From Antedon mediterranea (lineage: Eukaryota; Animalia; Echinodermata), in assembly GCF_964355755.1 (NCBI RefSeq), contig NC_092672.1, positions 4,216,001-4,280,000 on the forward strand: DNA of 64,000 nucleotides. Direction: 5' to 3'. Position numbers and translations under genes: made by a program. Positions 37,222 to 49,171 of this stretch are shown here, in pieces (position 1 is the first letter of the stretch; the number at the start of each line of letters is the position of its first letter). The notes under the pieces are model-generated. The model ran no database searches. It saw nothing but the letters and a program-made list of their open reading frames with translations, and was not told the DNA's origin.

Positions 37222-40200
37222 TTATAATTCAGGTGAATAACAGTCTTGTCGAGGAGTAGCAGTTACTTCATTGCAAAACTCTTAGTTATAACCAAGAATA
37301 CCACGAAGTTGACTATCTTCGTTTAGACGTAAATGTAAAACTTGGTAGCAGATACGTCAACATAACAAAAAGATTAATACGAGCCAGCCCAACTCCGTTG
37401 CACACCATCGTCGTCATCATCATCATTGTGAAACGTACCTGTTCCAAACGGTATGAATTCTTTTGGTTTGTAAATCTTTCCTTCTTCATTGAGAAATCTT
37501 TCGGGCCTGAACTGTTCTGGGTCGGTATAGACATCTGGATGGTGGTCCACTGCGTAATAATTCGACATCACTATCGCCCCAGGACAAACATTATAACCAC
37601 CAATATTTCCTCCGTTAGGAGCACTATCTTTCTTACAATCAATCTTGAAATACGTAGCATTTCCATTATTGTTGCATTGGTGTATGGCAATTTCGGGTTT
37701 TCAGTGTATCTTGGTCTTCCTTTACCTCTTGTGACGTCATCTATTTCAAATTCAAATATTCTTTATTCATCCTCTATCATGAAAATATACAACAACAATA
37801 TATGAGAACATAAAAAAGATGAAAAGGAAACACATAAAAACTCAAAAGAGCTTGATTAGTTGTGTCCCGCTATGTCCCTAACTAGCCTAAAAAACTAAAA
37901 CATAAATAATAAAAAAGCTAAATCCTGCAACAAGTATAATTTTTTAAATTATTTGTAAAATGATAATAAATGTTCTTTAAACAATGATTTAAATATATAT
38001 ATTGATTTGGTACTTTGTAGTTCGTAATTCAAGTCATTCCACAATTTGGGTCCCACACATGACACAGTAAAACTAGTAGAAGTACGATTACGTTTTCTGA
38101 GTCTCATTTTGTCTTTAGATCTTGTATTATAATTATGGTAAGAACCATTTTTAATAAAGAGCGATGAAAAACGCACGTCCTGATTAGTAGTAACATTATT
38201 ACATGAAAAGCCCAATTTGGTACTTATTGATATCCGCAATTTTAAGAAGTTTAAATTTATAGAAACATTCAGTCATTGAATCATTAAACTTTGACCATGT
38301 TATAGCTCGTAATGCCCTTTTCTGGAGTTTAAATAACTCATCTAAATAACTTGGAAATGTGCTACACCATATTATGTTGCAATAATTTAATACTGGTTCA
38401 ATGAGTGATTTGTATATTGTCCAGAGAGCATAGGTTGGTAAAAAATGTCTTACTTTATATAGTATGCCTACATATCGAGATATTTTCCTAGCTGTAACAT
38501 TGATGTGGTTCTTATATGTGAGAAATTCATCACTATGTACTCCAAGGAATTTAGTCGATTTAACTCTATCTATTCTTTTATTGTTGACATAAATATTTAC
38601 ATTCTCTAAATTACTTGGATTTCGCTGATTGCGGAAAATTATGTAATTAGTTTTTTTAACGTTGATTGATAGTTTATTGCACATGAACCAATCCGAAACA
38701 TTTTTTAGTTCACCATTAACTAGTTCTATGAGCGTATCCAAGTTTTCGTGAGATGCAGATATGTTTGTGTCGTCAGCAAATAAAACAAAAGATAACGAGT
38801 TTGAGCAATTAAATACATCGTTAATGTACAAAATAAAAAGTAGAGGCCCCAGAATTGAACCCTGTGGTACACCGCAATTTATATCCATCAAACACGAACT
38901 TGTGTTATCAATAGACGTAAATTGTTTCCTTCCACTAATATAGTTTCTAAACCATTTAAGGGCCGTGCCTCTTATGCCATAGTGTTCCAATTTTTTAAGA
39001 AGTATATCATGGTTGATGGTGTCAAACGCTTTTGACAAATCAATAAATAGTCCGATGGTATTTTTCATTTCTTTCTGTATCCTCTCAGATATTTTGGGAT
39101 TCTGCGTGATAAAGTGCATGGCAATGTTGAATGTGTTTGTGACGGTGTGAGTTCCAGCAACGATGGACAGTTGAAGTGTACTTCTAACACTTTGAAAATC
39201 ATTCTTCAATTTCTGATGGACGAAACTCATAGATGTTGTATCAGTAGCATCCATGACGTCGTCTTTTTTGTTTTGATTGCAGTCATGTTTCGAGGATGAC
39301 ATTTCAGTCATAATATTTGTCAGAAATGTCTGAAGTCTAAGCCCAAGAATAACCAATTTAAACTGGCGAATCTTGAAGTTGTTGAAAACTGGGAAAACGT
39401 CCAAGAGGTTGAAGTTACTGGTGCAGTCTGGATGATGTTCTTGCCGAACTCTGCTGCGTTCTTCAGTCGAGCGTCACCTCTATGGCATATGTTGATATTG
39501 GACATACACAGCAGTGTGTTGGCTGTCGTTACTAACACAAAAGGCTTTAATTCGAACGCGTTTTCCCGTTTCTTGTGGATCTCGTTAACCATTCGTTCTA
39601 CCTCTTTTGTAGCAAACTCATCAAGTTCATCGGTAGGACTTCCAAAAACGCGTTTAACGTCTTTAATTTGTTTCTCGTAACTGACCTGTGTACCGGCAAA
39701 CAATGAACCTGTAAAAGTTGAATTGTAAAGAAATAAGCCAACGTAGAAACATTCAATAGGCTCCTACAAACATCTAAAATGCTCTTATCTAATCCAATCA
39801 AATGGATGGGAATACTCTATTGTAAATAACTTTTTAAGAAAATGGAATTGGGAATTTTAAAAAACACTTTTAAACAAACTTACCCAATTTAACATCAAAG
39901 TAAAAATTGGCGACGAATATCGCAGCAGCTTCTCTGATAGAGTAAAATCATTCAAAGTAACCACGTCAACCCAGTCAATTCGAACTGGAACAACAGAACC
40001 AAACTCTTGAGCAAGTTTGTAGAACTGCAAATGCGGTTTGTCACCAAGAAATGCAAGCAAAAAACGAAAAACGGTACACCTTTTTGTCCAGGTAGAGTTA
40101 TTTTATCCGATGATTTCAATTCTTGCGTTGTTTGATATATAGAACAACGCATATTGCTAGTAAGCCTGTTATAATTGCTGTAAGCCTATATGCTATATTT

Positions 40201-40295
40201 TGGAACATAATACCATATGAATAATTGAAATAAAAGTTGAATTTAATTTAAATTGAATTGAATAATGCCATAACTTGCAACAGCCGCAGTCAAAG
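37222..40295 (-). pseudogene. Cytochrome P450 pseudogene, tandem paralog of 34437-36529
   Basis: Close paralogy (AFLGDKPHLQFYKLAQEFGSVV, KDVKRVFGSPT, AGTHT..NTFNIAMHFITQNPKISERIQKE, FRPERFLNEEGKI). Frameshifts in exons 1 and 2, a LINE insertion, and loss of the exon-3 acceptor and the G-x-R of the heme motif. Confidence 0.92.
37748..39066 (-). mobile_element. 5'-truncated non-LTR retrotransposon (CR1/L2/Crack group) with RT domain
   Basis: RT motifs IDLSKAFD, GVPQGSILGPLLF, FADD, KFLG; C-terminal HNYNTR and GPKLWNDL; 3' AATAAA plus (TTTGAA)2 tail; ATTTC duplicated at 37743-37747 and 39067-39071; one frameshift near 38200. Confidence 0.95.
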
Positions 40296-41062
40296 TCGAC
40301 AGTATATTATCTAACATACCATTATTTTAATTTAATATTAATGTAACACTCAGGCTACTGGATCTCGGACCAGCCTCCAGGTATGGTTATATAGGCTAAA
40401 GTATATGATTAATTATGAATATAATTAATACCACAAGAATAACTACTATAGGCCTACCTCCTGCATTAGTTGAATACAATTAGGCCTATGTAATAATTAA
40501 CACTCTGCGGACATGGATAAAATATGCAGCAGTTTATGAAGTATGACATGACGTATTTGCTAGGCCTTGAGAGATATATAACAACGTGTATATAAAGTAC
40601 AATATAAGAAAGCCAGAATAGATCTACTTGATTTATTCACTTTTTAAACAGATAGGCCTAGAATAAAATAATTATTACTTATTATTAATTATTGGTAGGC
40701 CTAATTTAAAATGTTTTGGAGGCTAGATATCATTACATTTTTGTTTGAATCATTTATAAATGCATCGTATATTTAAAAAAAAAATTACCAATTGGAAAAA
40801 AAACATTAAAACTAAGAGTTGATGCCTATTCAAATTCATGAAATGAGAATATAGACGCTACAGTAGTAAAGTGTGACAAAATTAAGTGAAAAGAAACATT
40901 TTTGGATTATCCAGTCGTTTTTTATATTGTTTTACTACTGTAGGTGTTTTATTGCAACGTTCCAGACGTCACGACGTCTGGAACGTTGCCAGGCACATGG
41001 ACTCATTCACAGCGAAGAAAAAGTAAACAAACGTATCGCAACAATAACATTATCGCAAAAAA

Positions 41063-44000
41063 ATGTCTATAGAATCTGGACAAAGTATTTATGAAGCTTT
41101 TGAGAGCCAGCTTAAAACATTGTGTCTTCATGAGTTCCCGTGTGGTTTAGGTTCTTGGGTAATTAGTCTAAAGTTAATACGATTCAGTAATAAGTTTAGT
41201 TTATCCTAAACTAATGAGTTCCATCTAGAGAGAGGCCTCGGTCGCTGGCGGACGCTGATGGCCGTGCTGTCAGTTCAGCCTAGGCCTCCAACCTGTCGTA
41301 CTGCAGCAAGCCTCTACAGAAAAGCTTACGTGTCATTTTATTGTATATCAAATGCCTATTATTTTATATAAATTACAATATTACAACATTAATAATACAT
41401 GTTTAAAGCCTAGGCCTAGGCTAGTTTAGGCCTAGTAGTAGTACAGTAGTAGTGTATAGGCTAATAATAGGCCTAATATTGTCTTCTAACCCACTCTAGA
41501 GTAGTAGTAGCAAGCATAATACATTAGGCTAAGCTTAAATTACTAATAGGCCTCCCTAATAATCATCAATAGCAGGTATATGGACCATAATAATATGGTC
41601 AATCAGTACTAATAAAATAGAAATCATTATTTTCTTTACAGCGGACAGATGAAAATTCTCTCGCCAATACACAATTTGGAGTGACACTAAAAGGTAAGTC
41701 TAAAGCTCTGTCTACACTACAACAAAAGGGTGATGTGCCCAAATATGGTAGTGATATTTCCAAATATTAAAGCCAACAAAATCTTACAGTAACTTTTTCT
41801 TTTTCCGCAGATTATGGTGTTGAAAAAGAACATGGAGAACGCTTGGAGGAGCTGATAACATCCAAGTTCTCACCGTATAGTGTTGACTACAGCTGGAGTG
41901 ATGAAGCGCAAAATCTTAGGGAGACTGCGGTGCAGAAACCATGGGTTATCAACAAACAGTTTATCCTAACCCATTTTAAAACATTAAGAATTGTTGATAA
42001 AAATGTAAGCAGTAGTATTATAGCCATATAGTTCAAAAGTTGAAATTTATGATTAAAACAAACAGAAATGTTAGATAACTTTTAATTACACGCATGATTG
42101 AGCATGCCTCATCCTAAAAGGTTCTTTTTTTCATTACAGATAAATGAAGTAGATGACAGACTCTTAGAATTTCCGAACTTGAAGGAATTAACTTTAAGTG
42201 CGAATAAACTAGAAAGTGTAAATAGCAATCATTTACCAGTAAAATTAGAGGTGAGTATTCTATATGAACTAGAAAGTATAAATAGCAATCATTTACCATT
42301 AAAATTAGAGGCGAGTATTCTATTTGAACTAGAAAGTATAAATAGCAATCATTAATACCGTCCAGTAGCTTATAATATTTGAGACAATTAATCTTAAATG
42401 TTTTATAAATGCAACATAAACAAATTAGAAAAGCAAAATTAACTGTTTCCAGATAGCCTTTTATAAATAGTCATTGTGTCATTTATACATTCAAAGGCAC
42501 TGCCTTCTATTCAGTGAAACAGAACAGGTTTAAATGTAGCTTGATGTAAGCTGTTTAATCACAAGAATAACTAAATCGTTTGATATTAAAATTTTAGGTT
42601 TTAGAGCTGGTTGCAAACAATATAAGTGATCTTGAACCACTTTGTGACAACCCACCACCAAATCTTCAACATTTAGGACTCGGTCATAACGTCATATCAA
42701 ATATATACGACTACCTAACAGAACGTTATTGGTAAGATAAACTGTTTATTAAACATATTATGAGCCCACACTTGTGTATAAGCCCATCCTCAGGTATAAG
42801 GCCACCCTCGGGTATAAGACCATCCTCGGGTATAAGCCCACCCTCCAGTATAAGCCCATCCTCGGGTATAAGCCCACCCTCCAGTGTCCACCCTCCAGTA
42901 TAAGCTCACCCTCCAGTATAAGCTCACCCTCCAGTATAAGCTTACCCTCCAGTATAAGCCCACCCTCCAGTATAAGCTCACCCTCCAGTATAAGCCCACC
43001 CCTATACCTTCTATTCTATACTGATTTTCTGTAAATACCTTTAAATAAGGGAGTCACATTACTATTTCTGTTACTATTTTTTAACTTTACACTTATTTCA
43101 CTGAGCTGGCTTCATTATTATTTTCTGTATGTTACTTTCTAGGCCTAACTTGTTGTCTTTGGATCTAAGTCATAACAATCTCTGTGGTTTACCAGAGGTT
43201 GTTCAGCAGCTTTCATCACTCACTAAGTTAAGAAACTTAAGTCTCATCGCTAATCCACTGGCTGTAAGTATTTAAAAATGATTAATATTTGTTTTAATAA
43301 TTAATAAATTGTGACCACAAGCAAAAATCACAATGTATTTAGATAATAGTTTATTGCAATGTGTATATATATAAATTCAAAGAGAAACTCTAAACAGCCT
43401 AAATCTGTGAAAATGCCCCAACCACGATTTGAACCCAGTATCATCTGCTTGATGTGTAGACGTTCTATAATGAAATGAAGTGTTTAAACTTTTTTTTTTG
43501 TTAAAACAATGAAAATACAGTGATATAAAATACCAACATCTAGTTCTGTTTTCCTACAGTACTAAATACAACTACAATATACTAAAACTCTGTCTACACT
43601 ATCAAACTAGTTTGACAAAAAATACTGTATGGTAGTGATATGACATCATCATGTCCATATATGGGCACATAAAGTTTGATAGTGTAGACATAGCTTATTT
43701 ACAGATCATTTACTGTAATCAATTGTAATTTTTAGTTGATTCCTGGCTACAGAGGATTTGTGGTGGATAGTTTAAAGCACCTCTTAATTCTAGATGATCT
43801 TAGGATTAGTGCAGATGAAAAGCATCACTTCAAAGGATTAGCAAGACGCAAAGGTAATTAAAATATGTCTATTTTCATTAGTGCTATTCAAATACAGTAT
43901 TACTATTGCTTATAGTTAAATGTGTTATTTTATTCCAGGATTTATTTGAAAAATACTGCTACTAATCCTAACATATTTGTAATTACAGATTTAATCCAAG

Positions 44001-47000
44001 ATGAGACTAAATTAACATTAGAAGTTAAACAGCTTAACGGCGTTCCAATGCCTATAGAAATGCAAGTAAGTAATAGCACAGGATCTTTGACCGAGTGAAT
44101 TGTTAAACCTTGGGTGAAGTAACCCATAGCCATCTACTGGATATTTAAATAGCTATTCAACTATTGATGTAAATTGATATTTAATTTAATCAATGCATAC
44201 ACTGATCAATTAAGTAAAAAAGAGGGCCTAATTAGTTACAGAACATTCTTTAGTAGTCATAGGCAGATTCAAGTGGGGCCAGCTAGCCTGGGACCCACTT
44301 AAATTTTGCTAATTGTAATGAAAAAGATAGGACACTAAATTCAGTTAGGCACCTAAAATTTGCCATTTATAGGCACTGAATTTTTGGTTTGATATTCTTT
44401 TGTTTATTTGTTAAATTAGGGTACAGAAGACCTTCCAGAGTATCCAATCATTGAACGAAGATACTACATGGAATTCACATTCCTGGAAGATAAATTAAGG
44501 ATAGAAGAACATTCAAAAGAGAGTGAAGAGAAAGCAAAACGATTGGAAGAATCAGTCCAGGTAGAGTTTTTCAACACATATTTTAAGCTTTGTCGCCCAA
44601 ATATGGTACTAGTAGTGATATGCCCAAATAGGGTAGTGATATGCCCAACTATGGTAGTGATATGACATCATCACGTCCATATATGGGTACATTACATTTT
44701 TTTGTCACATAGAGTTTGATAGTGTATACAGAGCTTAAGGCAATGACTCTGGAAACTTAAACCCATTCTTACTAAACTATGCTTCTAGTACTAAAGCCCA
44801 GAAAAAAAGGGCGGTGGTGTAATGGCTATGAGCACTCACTAGCTAAACCCAGAGGGCCTGGAGATAATCTAAGCCCCTGAGCATTGCCCAGAGGAAAAAA
44901 CATGCATTATATGTCCGAAAAGGCTAAAAGCGCCCAAGGTTTCCAGCATTGGAGAGCCGCTTAGGGTTGATAAACCTGGGGCCTCGGGTCTCTAAGTTAC
45001 GGCACTGCTGGAGGGCCAAAGAAACCAGTGCCTTTGGCCGCAATACCAGCTACAGTAAATCTGTGCCGTAGTTTTATTTTATTACTGTGGTTTATAGTTT
45101 GTTCAAAATTAATTTTGATACCTGTAAGAATGTATAGCATTAAATTACCACCTGCATTTATCTGTAAATTATTGTATCTGAGAGTTTAGAATTACAATAC
45201 ATAAATATATTCATATTTATACAGCTATTATAAAGGTCATTTTTTATTTAATTAATTATTATTTTTGTAAAAATATATTTAATAATGTATTTATTCACAT
45301 TCATAATTCATTGTTTAAAAATTAGGAGGGTGAATTGACAGAAAATACAACTGCTGAGGGAGTAACACCGGTTGATGAAACAGCAATAATTACTATCACT
45401 GGTCCTAAAGGTACTGTGTGTGTTCCATTAGATTAGTAGTTTTACATCTCTTTAGTTACATTTTATACCTCCCTGGTTTTTACTAGTACCGTATGATGGA
45501 GAAAATGACCTACTTGGTCACTGGGTTAGCAAAGGGAGTAGTGACAAATGATAGAATAGCGTTGATACTACCAGGGAAAGTGCTCACTCTTTCCTGGTAC
45601 TACCAGGGAAATAGTCATACAGAGTCGGGTGTTACATTACTGTGACAGATAAACGACAGCTTTTGATTTGCAACAACCAAACTACGTCATGTTAGCTCAT
45701 TGTGCGCATGTGGAAATATTGGGACGAGTTTCCTCGCTCCCTACATTAAATTTTTTATGGTTTCTAGGTCCAGAAGAATCGTTTTCTTTAAGTGTCCATA
45801 ATTAGGAAATACCATCATTATTATTCTCAGTTAGGCAAATTGCCAAGTATGCCATAAAAGTGGTGGCAATCCTGTTCACAAGACCAACATATTAGTACAA
45901 ACGATGCTCTACATAAACGAAGTCTTTGGGGCGAAGCTAAACCCAGGACCATGATGGGATAAGTAGCCCAGCATCTTAAACCATAAGTTACAAAACACAA
46001 ATCCTTATAGCAATCATAACATAGGCCAAATGCAAAGCCTATTTTCTTCAACCATTCTATAATTATTTTTAATACCAGGTGTTTTTAATATGTACAGTAT
46101 TATGTATTAATAATAAATTAGGCCCTCAAAGCCAAAGTATTACTTCTCTGGTTTAAAATATCCTTATTACAGATTTTTCTCTATTTATAAATTTAAAAAC
46201 ATGATTGGGGAGTGCTAAAAATACCAGAAATTCACCTACACCTGTGTATGATACAATACAGTCCAAAATGTTCACTTCTACTACATAAGTTTTTAAATGC
46301 ATTATTTGAAATAATTTTTTTTGTCACAGAAGAAACAGATAACCCTGAACCAAAATCTGAGAGTGCAAGTGAAGCACCTTCCTGCTGCAGTGAGCACGAA
46401 ACAGCTCCAGCATATGTACAATACTGTACAGATAAGCTGGCCTGGAATGATGAGGGCTTACAGTTTGAATACAAGTTAGAGCTGATATATGAAAACTTAC
46501 CAGCATTAAAAGAAGGTCTGAAAGAAGGAATAGATGTAGTTATTAAGGAAGATAAGGTAGAGTTATACAAGTAGCTGAATTTAGTCATTTGTTGAACACT
46601 AGTGTCTATAAATGGTCCTGAGTAATGATGTACTGTAGCTTATTGAGGGCTAGGCTTTGGTATAACGTTTGTTTTGATTTATTTATAAAGGTTTTGTGCA
46701 CACCACTTGATGAAACTTTGTGTGACGGAAGAACAAGTGCCAGTAGTAAAAGAGGAAGCAATAAGGAAAAACGAAAAGAAAGTGCCAAGACTGAAAAACC
46801 AAAAGAACAGAAAGTATGTTAAAGGAAGTGTTTTTTTCTGTTTGTACAAATTAAGCTGGTGTTACAGTGTACATGTATGTCAGTATACATGTTTAACTGG
46901 TGTGTCAGTATACATGTTAACTGATATGTCAGTATACTGTACTATGTTTAACTGGTGTGTCCAGCATTCAAAATGTTTAGGTGGTGTATTAGTATACATG

Positions 47001-48537
47001 TTTAACTGGTGTGTCAGCAGTATACATGTTTAACTGGTATGTCAGTATACTGTACTGTGTTTAACTGGTGTGTCCAGCATTCAAAATGTTTAGGTGGTGT
47101 ATTAGTATACATGTTTAACTGGTGTGTCAGCAGTATATATGTTTAACTGGTATGTCAGTATACTGTACTATGTTTAACTGGCGTGTCCAGCATTCAAAAT
47201 GTTTAGGTGGTGTATTAGTATACATGTTTAACTGGTGTGTCAGCAGTATACATGTTTAACTGGTATGTCAGTATACTGTACTATGTTTAACTGGTGTGTC
47301 CAGCATTCAAAATGTTTAGGTGGTGTATTGGTATACATGTTTAACTGGTGTGTCAGCAGTATATATGTTTAACTGGTATGTCAGTATACTGTACTGTGTT
47401 TAACTGGCGTGTCCAGCATTCAAAATGTTTAGGTGGTGTATTGGTATACATGTTTAACTGGTGTGTCAGTATACATGTTTAACTGGTATGTCAGTATACT
47501 GTACTATGTTTAACTGGTGTGTCCAGCATTCAAAATGTTTAGGTGGTGTATTAGTATACATGTTTAACTGGTATGTCAGTACTTTATACTTTACTATGTT
47601 TAACTAGTGTGTCCAGCATTCAAAATGTTTAGCTGGTGTTTTAATATGTTTAGTTGGTGTTTCCATGTTTTAAAAACAACCTGCATTTCTGATTTGTAGT
47701 AAGGTCATCTTAATAATTAGATTTTTTAAAATGTTCGGTTAGGATAAAGGTAAGAAGAAAAAGAAAGAACCAGAGGTAGAATTGGCAAGGAGTGTACCAG
47801 AGGTGACGATATTAGCAAAGTATCATGTCGACCTGGTAGACTTTGTTGAAGGGGAGCATGTCTACTCAAAAGAATGTGTTTTCCAACTCGAGGAGGGACC
47901 TGAAGTTGAGAAAGAGCCAGAAGAGGAAGTAAATATGGCTAAGGTTAGTAAAAAAAATGAGTACAGTATACATCACATCCTTAACCCATTTCACACTGTA
48001 AAATGTGCTTGTGGATTTATAAAAAAAAAATGAAAGGTTCTCCCCATTGATGTTGAAAAGAAACAGACTATGTCAGATCTTAAAATATGATGATGCATGT
48101 CATCCAAATTTGTGTTTTATTTCAAAAATAGGACAAGAAAAAACGAAAAGACTCTGGAAAAACGAAAAAAGGAAAAGTTGAAAAAGAGAAAGGTATGTTA
48201 TAAACATTATTTATTATCATTTTCTGTGAAGAAATTGGTTTCAGTATATTCAATAATGCTTTGCCATCCACTAATCTTAGTTACTAGAGTTACTACTTAG
48301 AAAATACTTTTCCTGGAGGTCTACCAGCATTAATATTTAGATATACATTGTACTCCTTCAGGAACAAAGAAGACCCCAATAAAAGGTGAAAAGAAAGACA
48401 GCAAGAAACGGCCAGTATCAGGAAAATCCCACCAAAGTGAGGAATGTGAAGAGGAACAACAAGCACTTGTTCCAATAGCTTCCAACATCAGTGTACAGTT
48501 ACTTGAATGGAAAACAGCCCAAGATGCTCTAACTTAG
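41063..48537 (+). CDS. LRRC43: Leucine-rich repeat-containing protein 43, 638 aa, 15 exons
   Basis: N-terminal LCLHEFPCGLGSW, FKTLRIVDK, LKELTLSAN, LQHLGLGHN match LRRC43. Exons 41063-41158, 41642-41693, 41811-42004, 42140-42250, 42598-42731, 43143-43263, 43736-43853, 43989-44065, 44420-44560, 45326-45410, 46330-46556, 46691-46813, 47743-47943, 48132-48192, 48362-48537; 1917 nt, phases consistent; AATAAA at 48581. Confidence 0.9.
42205..42352 (+). repeat. About 2.5 copies of a 60-bp duplication of the LRRC43 exon-4/intron-4 junction
   Basis: AACTAGAAAGT.TAAATAGCAATCATTTACCA.TAAAATTAGAGG.GAGTATTCTAT.TG repeated. Confidence 0.92.
42775..43003. repeat. 18-bp minisatellite (GTATAAGCCCACCCTCCA)
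   Basis: Directly visible in LRRC43 intron 5. Confidence 0.9.
43400..43470 (-). mobile_element. tRNA-derived SINE head fragment
   Basis: Reverse strand ...TAGAACGTCTACAC...CTGGGTTCAAATCGTGGTTGGGGCA has a B-box-like GGTTCAAATC; no proper cloverleaf. Confidence 0.4.
43584..43697. mobile_element. MITE family 2 (TIR AGCTCTGTCTACACTATCAAAC)
   Basis: Both TIRs. Other copies or fragments at about 2660-2703, 41701-41765, 44586-44738, 52597-52700, 54002-54135, 55916-56041, 56280-56428, 57023-57105. Confidence 0.85.
44812..45007. mobile_element. hAT-like non-autonomous element, same family as 331-601
   Basis: CGGTGGTGTAATGGCTATGA...GTTACGGCACTG; shared interior. Confidence 0.6.
46860..47660. repeat. 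113-bp tandem repeat built from four diverged subunits of about 27 bp
   Basis: CCAGCATTCAAAATG recurs at 46961, 47074, 47187; subunit ATGTTTAACTGGTGTGTCAGTATAC. Confidence 0.92.
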
Positions 48538-49171
48538 AACAAATTAAGCATGCTATCTAAGTACAGTAGCAACAAGTATTAATAAATAACATATTTTAAT
48601 ATAATATAAAACATGTGAGAATCTCACAATGTTGTATTTTATCCTCACTGTTAAATAAATGAATACAGAAAAATTTATAAAGTTGATTTTTTTATTATTT
48701 AATAACTTAATTATATAATCCAATAGTAATAGTGAGCTTTTTTATATACTGCACTATAAAATAGTTAATTAAAATCCCTTTATTTATTAAAAAAAAATGA
48801 ATTAGACAAGAGCAGGTGTAGGCCATTTGGAATAAAATATTGAATGTATGTACAGTATACAAGGGAGTCAATTTTAATAAAATACTTTTACAATCCATGA
48901 TGTAAAATAATACACTGTACGTGTAAATTGTAAAAATCTGAATAAGCTTGACTTGCAGACGTCCTACTATCAGGCCACTAGGGAGATTTTTTGTATGTTT
49001 ACCATACATTGATACAGTGTTTCATTAAAATATTTATGTATTATAGTAAAATATAGTAATATTTTTTAATTTGTGGTATGTAGTGGCAAGTTGGTTCTAT
49101 AGAACTAAGAATAGACGCATTTCTACACTTGAACTGTAACTCATAACATTCCGCATTTTAACTTAACTTAA

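Noticed and set aside
38199-39404. P450-RT as a retron, DGR or defence-type RT system
   Set aside because: The RT is a typical non-LTR ORF2 fragment with 3' UTR, tail and TSD, inserted in a multiply disabled pseudogene
43400-43470. tRNA gene
   Set aside because: B-box-like motif only, no intact acceptor or anticodon stems; treated as a SINE fragment
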